Assembly: GCA_964016885.1 (NCBI GenBank)
Contig: OZ024742.1
Coordinates: 319,114,001-319,178,000 of the forward strand
Source of the DNA: Eledone cirrhosa
Taxonomy: Eukaryota
Reading direction: 5' to 3'
Length of the DNA: 64,000 bases
The notes beneath the pieces are model-generated. The model saw only the letters and a list, made by a program, of their open reading frames with translations, made no database searches and was not told the DNA's origin. Shown piece after piece: positions 21,661 through 34,780 of this stretch (positions are counted from its first letter, which is position 1; the number at the start of each line of letters is the position of its first letter). The translations under genes and the position numbers were made by a program.

Positions 21661-23090
21661 CCCTTCAATATTTATATTACTCTATATTTATGTAGCCTGT
21701 ATGCTGATGACCTCGCACTTATAGCTGAATCTATGGTAGAACTAGAGAAGAAATTCCAAACTTGGGACTAGAAAGAAAGGGTCTCAAAGTCAACATGACA
21801 AAGACTAAGGTCCTTGTAAGTAGACGAGAAAACAGAACCCAGATCCCCTCAGGGAAATGGCTTTGCTCAGTATGTAGGAAAGGTGTAGGTAGGAACTCCA
21901 TTCTCTGCCCCAAATGCAAACAATGGGTACACAAGAGATGTAGCGGGATCTCAGAAAGCTTAATTAAGAATGTAGGCTTCACATGCAGCAGCTATGCTGG
22001 GACAGCAAGCAGCAAACAGCCACAGGAAACAAGTACCACTAAACTCTGGGAGGGCTCTGTAGAAACAGTAGACAGCTTCTGCTACCTAGGTGACCGAATT
22101 AGCAGCGGAGGTGGGTGTTCAGAAAGTACAATAACTAGGGTAAGAACGGGATGGAAGAAGTTTAGGGAACTACTACCACTGCTAGCTGCAAAAGGCTTCT
22201 CCCTCAAAATGAAAGGCAGACTGTATGATGCGTGTATCCGAACAGCGATGTTGCATGCTAGTGAGACCTGGGCGCTGAAGGTGGAAGACTTACGTAGATT
22301 AGAGAGAAACGAAGCCTGCATGCTCCAATGGATGTGTAACAGTAATATACACGAACGACAAAGCATAAACAAATTGAGAGAGAGACTGAGCAGAAGAGGA
22401 ATCAAATGCTGTGTGCAGGAGAGGCGGTTGCGCTGGTATGGACATGTGATGCGTATGAAGGATGACAGCTGCATAAAAAGGTGCAGAGCACTAGAAGTCG
22501 ATGGAAACCGCGGAGTGGGGAGACCCAAGATGACCTGGGATGAGGTGATAAAAGCCGACCTTACCCAATTACACCTCTCAAAGGCGATGACACACGACCG
22601 TGACCTCTGGCGTCACGCAGTAATACAGAGTACCCGACCTCCCATGGGTACAAGCTGAAGCATATAGACAATATGCCCCCACACCCTCCCACTACAAGGT
22701 GGTCGTGGAGGTGCCACGGCAAAAAAGCACCCAGCCCACACTGTAAATGAGGTTGGTGTTAGGAAGGGCATCCAGCTGTAGAAATCAAGCCAAATCAGTT
22801 CCTGTATGAGCAAGGCATGGTCAGCCGACCAGACACTGCCCACAACAGGACAACCCGTCTAACCCATGCTAGCGTGGAAGAACGGACGTAAAACGGTGAT
22901 GATGATTTACTATTGTATTTTTGTGGTAAAGGCTTTATCTTACATAATTATCTCACATAATATTGAATCTATAAGATTTTGATGTTATTTATTTTGAGAA
23001 CAATACCTTAACATCAGTATGAGCAGCCAGTTTGAACAGAAGGAGGTGAGAGAATTCTGGCCAGATACGTCCGGTTTAAATACTACAGTG
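21661..23090. mobile_element. piggyBac MITE family 1 split by an RTE insertion (halves at 21661-21690 and 22906-23090)
   Basis: TTAA at both ends; the two halves rejoin into the family consensus. Confidence 0.8.
21697..22905 (+). mobile_element. 5'-truncated RTE LINE (from YADD to tail)
   Basis: 298-aa open frame at 21762-22658 with PHD-like motif, YLG, WKKFRELLPLL and RLRWYGHV. Confidence 0.95.
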
Positions 23091-23950
23091 TTAAAAGAGG
23101 CGGAGTGGAGAGACAATATGAATGTGGGTCAAAAGTGTGTTGGTGTGTTCTTGCTAATCAACCACATGACTTCTTGGGAGATGTGATCTAAGATGATTTT
23201 GTGTGTAACTACAGCAATTAGATGTGGAGGAAATATTTCTTTGTGGATCTCTCCTGAGCTTTGTGAGGAGTCAGTAGTTGTTTGGAGCTGAAGTGACTCT
23301 AGAGAAAGAAGTTAGTGTCTAGAACTCATTTTTTGCTGCTCATTATCATCCATACCCTCATATTTGCGTTGACCTTTCCATACTGGCAAGGCCTGGATGG
23401 GACATTTTGAGGCAGCTGAATACCCTTCCTGACACCAACCCTTTTAGTCACTTCTTACGACACACAGGGACAGTCTACCTATTCTAAACCAGATAAACAG
23501 CCATACCTAAAAATCATCAATGCTTTTTAAAGCTTTTTGAGTTTTGGGTGCTGTCCTAAACTACAAATGAGATGAAATGTTGTTTCCTTGATATTGAAAG
23601 TAATTGTATCTTTGCAAAGTTTCCACCTATAAAATTCCACTCATAAGGTATTAGTCAACATGAAGCTATAGAAGACACTTGCCTAAAGTACTGCACAGTA
23701 AGACCATATCTGAAACCATGTGCTTGCAGAAACAATTTCTTAGCAATACTGCCAAGCCCATCACCAAGCTTTAGTGAACAGGGATGTGGGAGTGAGGGAC
23801 TTCAGAAGAGTCTGAGTGGGCATTCCTCTTGCCTCCATGGAACATCGGGCAATGAAAGAACTCCATTCATAATAATTCTAAAGCAGATTTTCAGAATAAC
23901 CATATAACTGTAATTTTTCTTTCCCTACAATCTCTTTGAATTTGTTTTAA

Positions 23951-24135
23951 CCCTTTAGCATTTAAACTGGCCATATCTGGCTAGAATTCTCTCACCCCTT
24001 CCTGTTCATACCGACGTTAAGGTATTGTTCTCAAAATAAATAATACCAAAATCTCATAGATTCAATATTATGTGAGATAAAGCCTTTTTTGTGAAAATAC
24101 AATAGTAAATATAGAATAATGTGAATGCTAAAGAG
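23951..24135. mobile_element. piggyBac MITE family 1
   Basis: ttaa-CCCTTTAGCATTTA...AATGCTAAAGAG-ttaa. Confidence 0.88.
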
Positions 24136-26122
24136 TTAAACATTGATTGCGGAGCAGCCAAACAAATTTTTTTATCCTGTATTTCTTAAAGCCCTCCTCT
24201 TCCTTTCCTCATCTTCTTCACCCCCTTCACATTTTTGTTTCTATTTCAGAGTATTTAATCAACCATAACGTTTTCATTTTTGACTTTTTTTAATAAAAAT
24301 TCTTTCAGAATGACCATATATACTCGAATACAAGCCAACCCCCTATTTCATGTCTGAAAAATAGGCAAAAATCCAAACTCCATTTATAAGCCGAGGCAGG
24401 TAATCAACACATCATATTTAGATGGTGCGGTTTTGAAGTTTTAATATTTTGATATTTAAAATGTTTTAAGTGTCCTGTAAAATATAGTTTCAGAACACCA
24501 AAACAGTTGGAAATTGGTAAAAGATCATTGAAGGCCATAATCATTTAAAACACATCAAAAACGAATTCCATGTCCAAAGTGAAACCTGTGTAATATTCAC
24601 CTCCAAAATAAAATATTGTGGAAGTTTAAATGATCACATGGTTTCTCCCGATGCTCTATCATCTTTAAAAAGAGAGAACATAGATGGTGTAATTCTAGAT
24701 ACACAAAGTGTGAATAATGGGTGGGATGGTCATAGTTGTAACATCTTTGATTATAGCTCTTATAGTTCAAGACTGAACTACAGCTAAACAACAATAATAA
24801 CCTATTTAAAGCAAGGGGAACTTGTGTATTGAGAGGTATGTACCTTAACCCTCTCATGACCATATTTCTAACAAGAATAAGTTGGTTGACCATGTCATGA
24901 AGGTCACATAAAGAGTTATTGCACAGCTGACGAAGTTAACCTAGATAACATGCAGTTTGGACTTGTGTCAGGTAAAAATACCACAGATGCTCTCTTCCTT
25001 GTGAGGCAACTGCAGAAGTACTTAAAACCTTTGGGTTTTAATTATCAAAATAATAGATGATTATAAGAAGTTTGCTGAAATAACTTTCAACTTAATAACA
25101 AAATACATATATTTAACTACTGAAATTTAATGTTATCTGGTATGTAATAAGATTTCAGTTGAAAGTTTAAATTTAGATTTGAACACGTTAATAAAAGCAA
25201 GTTAGTGTTGAAAGACACTGCAGCGTCAAGAATTGTATATACAAACCACCAGCCTCTTAGTAGTTGTCCAGTAGTCTTTTGTTTTGGTCATCCAAGCTCT
25301 CTGTACAGATTGGAATGAAAAAATAATTACAATCAAAACCTATAAATACACACACACACAATGGATTACCTGAGTCACTATAGACCAGGTCAGTTCTTGT
25401 TTAGAATTGGTACTCTTCTAGATTGGCTGAATGCCCTTTATAACCCCAACCACTTTACAGAATATACTGCGAGCATTTTATTATGGAAGTGAGGAGAATG
25501 AATGGGATGAAGATAGTTTGCCCCAAGTTGACCCAACAGACGGACCAGCAGTAGTATAGTAACTAAGACAATCAAGGATATGAAGACAGGCAAAGCAGCT
25601 GGACCTTCGGGGATAGTTGCTCAGATGCTGAAAGCATCTGGATCACACCATAGTCACACAAACCAAGTAATACAGTCTCAATTCCCAGTCCACACAGTAA
25701 AGGGGTCATGCTGGTGTCATGCAAAGAGCACCTAGCACACACTGTAAATGTAGTTGGCATTAGGAAGGGTATCCAACCATCGAAACTAACCTAGAAAGTT
25801 CTGTATGAGCAAGATATGGTCACCTGACCCAAATTACCCCAAACAGGACAAACCATCTAACCCATGCTAGCATGTGTGTATTATTAAAGACACAATATGT
25901 TTTAACATTTTTATAAGTTTCTTTTTCATATTTTCTTGAGTCTTTTGCAGCTTATTTGGAACAACAAAGTTCCTAAATCTATAATCATCTTGTTTAGACT
26001 TCCACAGCCTCGTCATAAGCATGTGGAGTATTGTTGGTTCTTTTTGTTTACTGCCCTGTTTAGAAGTTTTATTAGTTAATATATACAAACACATTAAAAT
26101 AAAGCCATAGAAATTATATTAA

Positions 26123-26340
26123 CCCTTTAGCATTTAAACCGGCCACATCTGGCCAGAATTCTCTCAATTCTTTCTGTTCAAACCAGCCATAACCAGCCAC
26201 TCATACTGACGTTAAGGTATTATTCTCAAATAAAGAATATCAAAATCTCATAGATTCGATATTATGAGATAATTATGTAATGTAAAGCCTTTACCACAAA
26301 AATACAATAGTATATATAGAGTAATGTAAATGCTAAAGGG
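26123..26340. mobile_element. piggyBac MITE family 1 (best-preserved copy, 218 bp)
   Basis: Perfect 14-bp TIR CCCTTTAGCATTTA/TAAATGCTAAAGGG with TTAA TSD on both sides. Confidence 0.93.
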
Positions 26341-26499
26341 TTAAATAATGTATACACCCCACACACAAAAACAAAAGCCATCCACAATGCCAGTAAATCT
26401 ATTGAGGAAACTACTAATGATATTTAAAACTGAAGTGTCTTTTCACTAAAACATGGAAAATACAGGACCAAACCCCCCAAAATTACATATACACTAGAC

Positions 26500-28215
26500 C
26501 ACAGGTTCTCAACCCATTTAGGCCAAACGCCCCCTTTTGTCCCTTGAAATCACGAAACGCCCCTATTTTTCCATTTTTCAATATACTACTGATTTTGATT
26601 TGATATCAGTAGATTACTGAAAAATTAACAATATTCCAAAGATACCATTGCAGGCAGCTGAGAGTATAAATACATTCCTTGAAAGGAAATATATAAATTT
26701 CAAAAAAAAGGAACATAAATGTTCTTTTTTATGAATAAGGACCAGTTGAATTTGTTATATTCCCACCAGGCGTTACCAGCTATTTTGAACATTTATACAA
26801 GAGCAACTCTGTCTATCCAAAGAGTGCTCTTATCTGGAAGAAAGTGGCAATTATATCATTTCAAAACTTTCCAATTTTCCCTTTAATGAAACAGACAGAA
26901 TAAATGTTGATATCTAACTTGATGTCCCCTCTGCTTTGTGAGATTAGATGCCACAGAAGAGAGTTTTCATGACCACGCGGGAGGGTATATTTATTAATAA
27001 ATGGTAAAATATATACAACAAATGAGTAATTGAATTGTAGTAGATGGTTTCCAGTCCAGTCAGACTGCAACTACAAATAAAAAAATTGTTAGTTTGCTTT
27101 GTAACAATAGCATATCCAAGTTTGCGGATAAATCAACTTACTTTAACTTTGACCTCATTTCAATGGGACCCTTGAGCTTCATGGAGTCTAGCTAACTCTT
27201 TGATGTCAGGCTGGATTTTCATAAGATCTAGCCGGAGATCTCCACGTGTAATTACATTGTAGTGGCTGCGAGCCTTACTGTGCAGTCCGGAAATAGCACC
27301 AAACCCCCTCTCGACTAAGTATGAGCTTGGAAAAGGCAGAGCAAATCTCTTAGCCTCTGCACGTAGGAGTGGAAATCGACACTGAATTTCCTCTTGCATC
27401 CCAAAAAGGGGTTCACCTATTTTGGGAAATCTAATTTTGATCATGTCATCTGCTTGAAGTTCAATGAATTCTTCCTGAAATTTAATGTCCAAATCATCAA
27501 CGTTAGCTATGATGGGATCTGTTATCCACATTGGGATGTCCATCGGTTAAAGGTCAACAAACCGTTCTCTCATGTTGTCCTGTAGCGCACGGGGGTGAGT
27601 GGTATAAATTTGGAGTTGGTCATCGCTTACAATGTTTTGAACATTGGCGACACTAGGAAAATTATAGAATTCCCGTCAACAAAGATTCCTTTCGATGACA
27701 TTCAATTTGGCCAGGAATGTTTTTACAGCATTCCTTGCTTTAAGCAAGATAATCTTCTTCCCCTGCAAAGCCAAAATGACACTATTGCATTTGTCAAAGA
27801 TGTCGGTGAGGTAGGCGCAGTCTTGCCTCACATCGAGGGTTTTCTTGTACAGTTCTGTGTTGCGTCCTCGCAGAAACTCAATGATAGAGTCGAAGAGTTC
27901 AAAAAAGTGAGTAAGGCACTTGCCCTTTGAAAGCCACCTCACTTCATTATGAAGGAGCAACTTGACGAATTTTTCATCATTATCTTGGGACAGTTGCCGG
28001 AAAATTTGTTCATTGAGGGAATGTCGTTTGATAAAATTGATGACATTAATGGCCACCTGCAAGGACTTGCTCAGCGGCTTGCTGAGTTTCTTCGCAGCCA
28101 AGTGTTGTCGATGAATGACACAATGAACAGTAAATACAGATGGATTTTCTCTCTTCAGAAGAGTGACAAAACCCTTATGTTGGCCGACCATTGCTCTTGC
28201 GTCGTCCATAGCACG
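26500..28215 (-). mobile_element. Buster/Charlie-type hAT transposon relic (3' half of transposase pseudogene plus 3' TIR)
   Basis: HCVIHRQHL, LLLHNEVRWLSKG, AYLTDIF, LPFPSSYLVERGF and RGDLRL...QGSH in broken frames; TIR CACAGGTTCTCAACC at 26500. Confidence 0.92.
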
Positions 28216-28217
28216 AT

Positions 28218-28405
28218 ACATGTATTGTATGTGGTCCTAGATGTATGTATTACCTGCTTATGTATTGCATGTGGTCCCAGCTGTATGTATTACCTGCTTG
28301 TGTGTTGTATGTGGTCCTAGATGTTTGTATTACCTGATTATGTGTTGTATTACCTGCTTATGTGTTGTATGTGGTCCTAGATGTGTGTGCTACCCGCTTC
28401 TGTGT
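28218..28405. repeat. ~37-40-bp minisatellite truncating the hAT relic
   Basis: Repeated tgtattacctgcttatgtgttgtatgtggtcctagatg. Confidence 0.85.
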
Positions 28406-28894
28406 TTTTTCTTTTCTTTTTTTTTTTATTTGTAATATTATTTATACAATAGGGAATAAAATAGATCTACATAGTGTTAACTCGTTACGGTTGAGTCAAT
28501 AATTTCAGACATGAAATACATTGTTATCAGTGAAGGAAAGATAAGATTCTGGCTGCCCTCAGTGTCCTTGGCCCAGTTGACTGTAGGTTTTTTCCATTTT
28601 TAGGATCTCAATTGCTGGTTAATGTCTTGACATGCCTGCACACCTGCGGTCTGACCATAGTTATGCTGTCTGCATGCTCATTCAAATGCATTCACACTGG
28701 CTGTCTCAAAGACATACAAATATGGCTTATAAAACTTACCAAAGTAAAGAGCCTTCCAGCGCCCAACAAAGCTCCAAATACTCACATCATAAACAAACTA
28801 AAGACATGACTGATGATATATAAGTCTGACAACAAAAGCATCTTGATGGCACTTACACTCACCTGCTTCAACGCATTCAGAACATAAGCTGGTG

Positions 28895-29190
28895 ACATCT
28901 GACTTTGAGAGAGATATATGCCAGCCTCCCACACATATCTGTCATTGTATGTAAAAGGAGAGTAAGATTTGCTGGCCACTGCCATCGTGCCACCTATGAG
29001 ACTGTGTCCCTATTAGTGCTTTGGAAATCACAAGCAGTCACTAATAACAGGGGGCACAAGCTCTCCTACCCCGATGTCATCTCCAGAGATTCTGGTATTG
29101 AAATCCAGGACTTGACAACGGCAATGAATGACAGACCCACGTGGAGATCAATTGTTGAGTCGATTTCGGCTGCAGCCACTGGATGATAAT
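28895..29190 (+). mobile_element. 3' fragment of a distinct RTE/RTEX-like LINE
   Basis: RRVRFAGHCHR...LVLWK...AMNDRPTWR C-terminal motif followed by a short gataataa tail. Confidence 0.75.
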
Positions 29191-29909
29191 AAGTCTGACA
29201 ATCAAACCTCAATTTTCAAATTCTGGGGATAAAACCAACACAAATTCTGGTGATGAAAATTTCATAAACTAGGATTTTTTTTTGACATGCTGATGCGTAT
29301 ATGTATATGTGTGTGCATGTGCATGTGCATACATTTATATGTATGAGTATATAAATATAAACACAAACACTCACAAAAATACACACTCAGACATAGATTT
29401 ACACACACATTCACACAAACACACATACGTACATACATTTACACAAACACACACACTCACACAGTGTAGCAAATGGAACGCAAGCTGCTGTTTTGCTATA
29501 GTTTTTTCACCATCCCCTTCCTTCCTTTTACACACGTATACACACAAACACACACATATTGCCTACAATAAAAATGTCAGTAAAATAATACTCAACATCC
29601 TGATATAATACATGCATAGAAAGCAGACATAAGATGATGATGATGATGCATGTGTGTATGTTTGTTTTGCTGCTTTAAATTGTTTTAAAATTTTTCATAT
29701 AAATATAAAATGCTTTTATTTTTAATTTTGCAAAATAACAAGTCTTTTTTTTATCTTTTCTTTTTTTATTTTTTATTTTATTTTCAAATTAAAATGATTG
29801 TATTCCAGAAATTTCCACAGTCAATGTATTTCAGAAAATCTTTACTGGAAGAGAAGAATCTTAAAATAATTTATTGGAAAAAAAAAAAAACGTGGGGTGG
29901 AAAGATATC

Positions 29910-29938
29910 GGGGGGGGGGGGGGGGGGGGGGGGGGGGG
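29910..29938. repeat. Poly-G run (29 nt) about 670 bp downstream of the ZYG11 stop
   Basis: Visible directly. Confidence 0.9.
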
Positions 29939-30609
29939 TCAAAACCAGTTTTAACATAGAACTGGTTTTAGTGTTTCAGTATGTTTGGTAGCGTTGCTGT
30001 GTGTATGTGTATTTATGATTCCAGTGTGTGTATGTGTATGCATGCAAAAATGCTTATGTGCATGAATGTTGAGGGATGTGTGCTTACATATATTTGAATG
30101 TGTGAGTGTGCATGCATGCATTGTGCTTGTGTGCATGCATGTACACACACATACACCCATGTGGACATGTGCATGCATGTTGCTGCATGAACATACATAT
30201 ATTGACATGTAAGTTACTGTGCATGGGAATGTGCATATGTCTGTGTGCATGTGTCAATATGCATGCATAATTAAGTGAACGAGTCTGTATGTATGTTTAA
30301 GAGGGCATGTATATATGTGTGTGTGTGTGCATGTGTGTCTGTATGTGGCCGAATGAGTATGTGTATCAGTGTATACATGCATCCCTGCTCTACTTTCAAT
30401 ATTGTGTACATGACAAATTTCTTTGGAAGGTGGGGGTTGGAACGCGAGATTGGGGGTTGAGAGATGGAACGGGGGATGGTGTGGTGAAGGAGAGATGGTA
30501 GTGGGGTTTGGAGGTCAGAAGTGTGTTAGTTACCATAAGACAAATACAGTAAGGGGCATGGTTGTGGTGGTCTAAGAAAACTGCCATCCCTGAAAGTGAC
30601 TCCCTCTTG

Positions 30610-30767
30610 TCAGTACGGAGAGCTGGAGCTCTGTATATGTGGCTTCATCAATAAAAGGACATTCTCAGCAAGTTTATATACTTCTGGCTCTGTGTTCTTG
30701 TTGCAGACCAGCTCATACAAGATATCAGAGCCCTTCTCTTTATGTAGCATCGGGCAGTAACGATCTC
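30610..30767 (-). CDS. ZYG11B: ZYG11-family terminal coding exon (TGA at 30612-30610)
   Basis: tttcag|GA GAT CGT TAC TGC; (G)DRYCPMLHKEKGSDILYELVCNKNTEPEVYKLAENVLLLMKPHIQSSSSPY* vs human SRYCSMLIEEGG. Confidence 0.92.
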
Positions 30768-31277
30768 CTGAAAGATATATACAGATATTATTAATTAAAT
30801 GAAATGATAATTAAGAATTCATAATAAACATCTATAATAATCTGGATTAGTAACTAAGGCACGAGGTAAAAAATTACAACCCATTTCATTGATACCAGAA
30901 AAGTGAAAAGTGAAGTTGACTTTACCTGCTTTCTAGCACCTAATTAGTTCTCATTTTACAGACCACTTAAGTGCAAAAGTCAACCCTGGCAGGATTTGAA
31001 CTCAGATTGTAAAGAGAGCAGACTTTAGAAAACAGTGATACAAGATAAGCATTAGCAACTTCTTCCTCCAACAATATCAGCTCTTAGTGGAATATCAGTC
31101 TTCTCTTCATTTCTCTAGTGCCAATCTCCCACTACCCGTCTTGAAATAAGATGTGATGCCTCACTGATGTTTAGAGAACTTCTCTGACATGTTGTTGTTG
31201 TTGTTATTGTCTAGATCAGCCTTGATCTAGCGGGGTCTTTGATAAAAAATGTTCCAGCTTTATCCATCTGTCTTTTA

Positions 31278-32183
31278 CGAGGGCAATCCCAAAAGTAAGG
31301 TCTCCAAAGTGATGGGGACGCAGAGAAACTGTTCGTATGGCTGTTGGCAACACTGTTGTGATTGGTGCTTTCTTCACTCCCAAACAAGCAAGCGCGCGCT
31401 TCGCTGGGATGCTCAATCTTGGCTTGGCAGCCGTTGAGAATGGAGCTCCCGTTGAACGCTACCGCCAAGTACGAAGTTCGGGCAGTTATTCGGTTTTTGA
31501 ACGCAAAAGGCGTTGAACCGATTGAAATTCATCGCCAATTGACGGAAGTGTATGGACAGTCGTGCATGGATGTCAAAAACTTTGCAAGTGGTGTAGAGAG
31601 GTTACAGCCGGTCGTACTGAAATTCACAACGAACAACCGAGCGGGAGACCGTCAATTTCCGACGAGACAGTCGCAAAGGTTGAGGAAAACATACGTAAAG
31701 ATCGGCGGATCACTCTGGATGCTCTCTGCATTTTGGTTCCTGAGGTTTCCCGAAGCACCATCCACAGGATTTTAACGGAAAAATTGCGACTGTCTTGTCA
31801 GAAATTGACGGTCTCCCGCTCCTTTGTCTGTCGTGAATTTCAGTACGACTGGCTGTAAACTCTCTACACCACTTGCGAACGTTTTTGACATCCATGCACG
31901 ACTGTCCATACACTTCTGTCAATTGGCGATGAATTTCAATTGGTTCAATGCCTTTTGCGTTCAAAAACCGAATAACTGCCCGAACTTCGCATTTGGTGGT
32001 AGTGTTCAACAGGAGCTCCATTCTCAACGGCTGCTAAGCCAAGATTGTGCATCCCAGTGAAGCACGCGCATGCTTGTTTGGGAGTGAAGGAAGCACCAAT
32101 CACAACAGTGTTGCCAACAGCCATACAAACAGTTTCTCTGCGTCCCCATCGCTTTGGAGACCTTACTTTTGGGATTGCCCTCG
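31278..32183. mobile_element. Fold-back mariner derivative: two inverted 5' halves with TA TSD
   Basis: TA-CGAGGGCAATCCCAAAAGTAAGGTCTCCAAAG...CTTTGGAGACCTTACTTTTGGGATTGCCCTCG-TA. Both arms encode the EVRAVIRFLNAKG..IHRQLTEVYG..W...SGRPS mariner HTH. Confidence 0.95.
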
Positions 32184-32644
32184 TATTTAGACATAGTTTA
32201 TCTATGACTACATTATCTAATTTGTCCTTCCTTTAGTTCTTATCATATTGCAATCATTTAGCAAAAAATAACTAAAAATGGGTTCTTTAATTCAAATGTT
32301 TACAGTATCTTTACTAGTTTGTGAATTATTGTAAAATGTTTTTAAGTTTCAATATTTACCGATACAATCACTGTGTTGTTTTAGACTTTTCAATAATGTC
32401 TTGCTGATGCAGTTTCACATAGTATGGGATGTTAAAAGTTAAAAGAGTCAAGAGACTGTTAAGACAAGGCAGAGTTAGGACAAGACAGAAATTCAGCAAA
32501 TAAAGTGACAGTATAGAGTCCCCATTTGTTGGCTGCTTTATCATATATGTTCAACATGTTTCTACGTTACTGAATAGATCTATGTTGTTATCGTTTTTTG
32601 AAAATGAATTATAATGTTGAAAGTTATGTTGGTATTACAAAAAA

Positions 32645-32966
32645 CATCCAGCCCACACTGTAAAGTGGTTGTGTAGGTGTCACGACAAAAAAAGCACCCA
32701 GCCCTCAGTGTAAAGTCGTCATATAGATGTCACGACAAAAAACTCCAAGCCCACACTGTGAAGTGGTCATGTAGGAGTCACAACAAAAAACTCGCAGCCC
32801 ACACTATAAATATGATTGGCATTAGAAAGGGCATCCAGTCATAGAAATCTAGCCAGAAACAGTCCTATATGAGCAAGACATGGTCACCTGACCCAACTTG
32901 CATCTAATGGGACAACCCATCTAAGCCATGCTAGCATGGACAATGAATGTTAAACGATGATGATGA
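32645..32966 (+). mobile_element. RTE 3'-UTR / RTE-tailed SINE
   Basis: Four ~49-bp cacactgtaaagtggt subrepeats, aagggcatccag motif and (GAT)n tail. Confidence 0.8.
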
Positions 32967-33172
32967 ATGTATACATGTTGATTCTAGCATTCCACTTAAC
33001 ACATCCTTGCTCTTAGCAGTACATTACTGTTATTATTTAACCCCATTGTAGAGCAGACAAACCTATGATAACAGACCATTCCAGCCAAAACCATCCCACC
33101 TTTTCTTCTGAAATATGTACCTAAGACAACATTATCTAGTGTGACCTTTTCTAAGATGGTAGTGTGGTTTAA

Positions 33173-33361
33173 CGCTTTAGCATTTAAACCGGCCGTATCC
33201 AGCCAGAATTCTTTCACCTCTTTCTGTTCAAACTTGCCGTAACCTACCACACATACTGATGTTAGGGTATTATTCTAAAAATAAATAATATCAAAATATC
33301 ATAGCTTCGATATTATGTGAAAATACAATAGTAAATATAGAGTAATATAAATGCTAAAGGA
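33173..33361. mobile_element. piggyBac MITE family 1
   Basis: TTAA flanks and degenerate TIRs. Confidence 0.85.
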
Positions 33362-34780
33362 TTAAGGTGGTATTTGTAACAAAAGGGTTTTATATAAAAT
33401 TATGTTGGAGGGTTTTAATTTAGATAAAATGAGTGGTTTTAGTTCATATAACGAGAGGCGGTTTTAGGTGGGTTAATATGAAGAGGGTTAAAGAGTAGTT
33501 GCTAGTTGCCATCATCTGCCATTAGTTGATGGTTATTAACAACAATGATATTCAAGTGAAAACATCATTTCCATCAGAAGATTTGAAAAACTTATTTGCT
33601 ACACAAGACCTTCCAGTGTTAACTGACTTAAATATCAGTTATGTCCACACCTCCAGCAAACTGCAAATATCTGAAGTGGTTGAAATACAACTTGTTGAAA
33701 GCAATCAATATTGATTAATAATTATACATGAGAAATCAATTAAGAAAGCCATTCAATTGAGTAATAAATAAAACAAAATCAAATCAAATAACAATACAAA
33801 AATAAATCACTAAGTCCTCATCAAAACAATATGTTAATATGAAAATCTAACAATTCACTGGCTTTGCTAGGAAGAAAAATTAGAAGGAAGGAAAGAGAAG
33901 GAGATTGTAATTCCAAGTAAATTGAATATTTATAATCTGTTAAAACACTGATTAGCACTTCAAAGAAAGGTGTGGTAAAAAAACAAAAAAAAACAACAAC
34001 TTAATGAAGTACAATGCATTATCAATATAAATACATTGTTTCTCTCATAAAGGACTGGAAGTTGTACTAATTAAGGCATTTAATACTTTTAATATGAGAG
34101 TTAAAGCTGACCAAACTTTTAGAATATCAATCCACCAAGCAAAAGATTAATGGTTCAATATCCAATCACTAATGCTGTGCTATATTTAACTAATATTTTC
34201 AATGATCTATTCAATGTTGCAGTTCCATCTATTGTATCTTTAAAAATGACTAATAGATTGTAAAAGCTCAAGAAATCCAGATACAAACAATTTCTATGAT
34301 GTGATAAAGATTCTCAATGACCCTAGGAATCATTCCATAGTACAAATGAAGTCAGCAGACTATATAACAGTCGATCAACAAGACCACAGACCTCACTTGC
34401 TTAATGAGTTGGGTTGAGCTTGTCAAATGGGACCAAGGAAACAATGTTTCCATCGGTCTTTCCAATTGCTAATACTATCTACCGGTTGCAAATCCAGGCA
34501 GAAGGAGCAATGTGAAATAAAGTGTCTTGCTCAAGGACATAATACTTCACCTGGTCCGGGAATCAAGCTCACAACAATTTTGTGAAATGTCTGTCATCTA
34601 CAACTTCGATGAGTCACTGACCATTGTGGAAGTTAGTATTGCCATCAAAACACAAACAAAACAAGAAATCTAAACTGGATGGCATTCCAGCAGAGATCTC
34701 AAAGTAGAGTGCTTATCCCTGCACAGAAGTGCTTCATCCCTACACCACAGAAGAAGGGAACCAAGAGTATATGCTTACAT

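Noticed and set aside
27160-28221. Domesticated ZBED5/SCAND3-like host gene
   Set aside because: Frameshifted, 5'-truncated, has a degenerate DGA motif and retains a TIR, so it is a transposon relic.
30610-30612. Selenocysteine at the ZYG11 TGA
   Set aside because: No aligned Cys in homologues and no SECIS recognisable in the repeat-rich 3' UTR.
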